DNA from: Fibrobacteria bacterium
Lineage (GTDB): Bacteria; Fibrobacterota; Fibrobacteria; UBA11236
Direction of reading: 5' to 3'
Assembly (NCBI GenBank): GCA_043732185.1
Contig: JAYTHY010000066.1
Coordinates: 22,867 to 86,866, forward strand
DNA length: 64,000 bases
Position numbers and translations under genes: made by a program
Part shown: one piece after another, positions 62,916 through 64,000 of the stretch
Layout of the letters: every line of letters begins with the position of its first letter
Position numbering within the stretch: the first letter of the stretch is position 1
The notes under the pieces: model-generated
The model's input: the letters and a program-made list of their open reading frames with translations, nothing else
The model's database searches: none
Told to the model about the DNA's origin: nothing

Positions 62916-64000
62916 AGAAAGCAAGCGGACCTGGTCCAGGGCTGTTGTGTTGGCAATTGTTGGCAGCGTACCGGTGTGGCCACAGTTTACGGATTTCCAA
63001 GGTGGGAAACTGTATTTGAAAATGGAAGGCAATATGTCCCCCTTTGGATTGGGAAGCAATACTGGGGCGCGTGGGGCGATGAGCAATGTAACGTCCATGT
63101 ATCCAACAGCAGCGAGTATTTTCGGGAATCCGGCGGCTCTGGGATATCTACAAGGCATGTCGCTTCAATCCGACTTTTTTCTGCCTGGATTGGGCTTGGG
63201 CGTCAGTAGTGAACGAACCAAGTTGTTACGCAATAATATGAAGGCCCCGATCCAAGAGTTTTTGAATACGGACCAGAACCATGTGCAGAATCCTGTTTAT
63301 CCGGATGTCAATCTAGGGTTATATCAATCGACCAACTTGGGCGGTTTTGCGGTAGCCTTTGGCGGACCTTCTGTGACACTGGCAGCGGGTGTTCAGCAAC
63401 CTTTTAGAGGTAAAATCGACATCGGGTTAGGAGGCCTTCGTCTGGGCCTGGGCCTGCCGGAAGACGCTTCGGATCCGCAATCGGATAGTATCAAGATTCT
63501 GATCTCAGCGGATGCTTTTGGTCGCTTTACAGCGGAAATGAATGACTTTTCCTTGGGACTGGCCGGTATGCCTTGGCCCAATGTACGCTTGGGCGTTGCG
63601 TACCAGCGCTATACCATCGATATGCTTCTGGAAGCCGGGGCACGCGTGGATGGTATTTTACAACGCGCTGGACAGGAAAATTATTTCCATGGTGAAGGCG
63701 TGAATTACCACGATGATTTGGATGCGCGCGGCGCCGGTAAAGTGCAGGGGTCGGCGCATGGAATTCGATTTGGAGCAAATTGGGAATTCGCGAAACATTT
63801 TGAATTGGATGCCATGGTCAGTCTGGCCGAGGTGATGCGATTGGAGGGTAAACTTGGCTGGGAATACAATGTTTTGCCCTCGGTGGATTTCAGCAGCACT
63901 CAAATAATGAATCCGGCCAATATGAATCCTACAAAACTGACCCTCACGACGCGGAGTAAGACCGTAATCCAAGAAATGCGGATAAACCTGCCATGGGAAG
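62899..64000 (+). CDS. Putative outer-membrane beta-barrel (FadL/PorV-like), 3'-truncated; absent from ORF track
   Basis: ATG at 62899 overlaps the previous gene and the frame is open to the window end. Signal peptide, GARGAMS…ASIFGNPAALG, and amphipathic strands (VRLGVAYQRY, GIRFGANWEF). Confidence 0.75.
   Translation, partial: MSIISKESKRTWSRAVVLAIVGSVPVWPQFTDFQGGKLYLKMEGNMSPFGLGSNTGARGAMSNVTSMYPTAASIFGNPAALGYLQGMSLQSDFFLPGLGLGVSSERTKLLRNNMKAPIQEFLNTDQNHVQNPVYPDVNLGLYQSTNLGGFAVAFGGPSVTLAAGVQQPFRGKIDIGLGGLRLGLGLPEDASDPQSDSIKILISADAFGRFTAEMNDFSLGLAGMPWPNVRLGVAYQRYTIDMLLEAGARVDGILQRAGQENYFHGEGVNYHDDLDARGAGKVQGSAHGIRFGANWEFAKHFELDAMVSLAEVMRLEGKLGWEYNVLPSVDFSSTQIMNPANMNPTKLTLTTRSKTVIQEMRINLPWE

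Overview
Gene-dense chromosomal segment from a diderm bacterium. The gene repertoire suggests Fibrobacterota or the FCB group, but this is inference only. Most of it is housekeeping: mtnN, aspC, ilvD, gap-pgk-tpiA-secG-tRNA-Leu(GAG), psd, oppABC, mreBCD-mrdA-rodA-comF, tRNA-Ser(TGA), orn, fabF, fbaA and xseAB. Two envelope-associated loci stand out. (1) 26259-36888 is a cluster resembling the myxobacterial Agl-Glt gliding/transport machinery. It encodes a beta-helix/TSP3/OmpA protein, a beta-barrel fused to GltC-like TPRs, a large GltD-like TPR protein, an AglR/Q/S-like ExbB-ExbD-ExbD motor and an AgmX/PglI(GltG)-type TonB-like protein. One ExbD has Asn at the canonical Asp position plus a large insertion. 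The cluster sits directly upstream of a barrel-lipoprotein-mreBCD operon. (2) 9467-15876 contains a highly divergent orphan protein whose pattern follows a fused TssB-TssC contractile sheath. It is followed by an FHA-TM-lytic transglycosylase and lies divergent from a TPR-transglutaminase lipoprotein, with a divergent pair of Ser/Thr kinases nearby. Also present are an Ig-repeat adhesin-like lipoprotein, a modular GH29 with a T9SS-like C-terminal domain, an Hc1-like protein, an EndoIII-type 4-Cys protein and a PKD/FecR/barrel operon truncated at the window end. I saw no mobile elements or CRISPR arrays. All family calls come from reading motifs by eye, without database searches.
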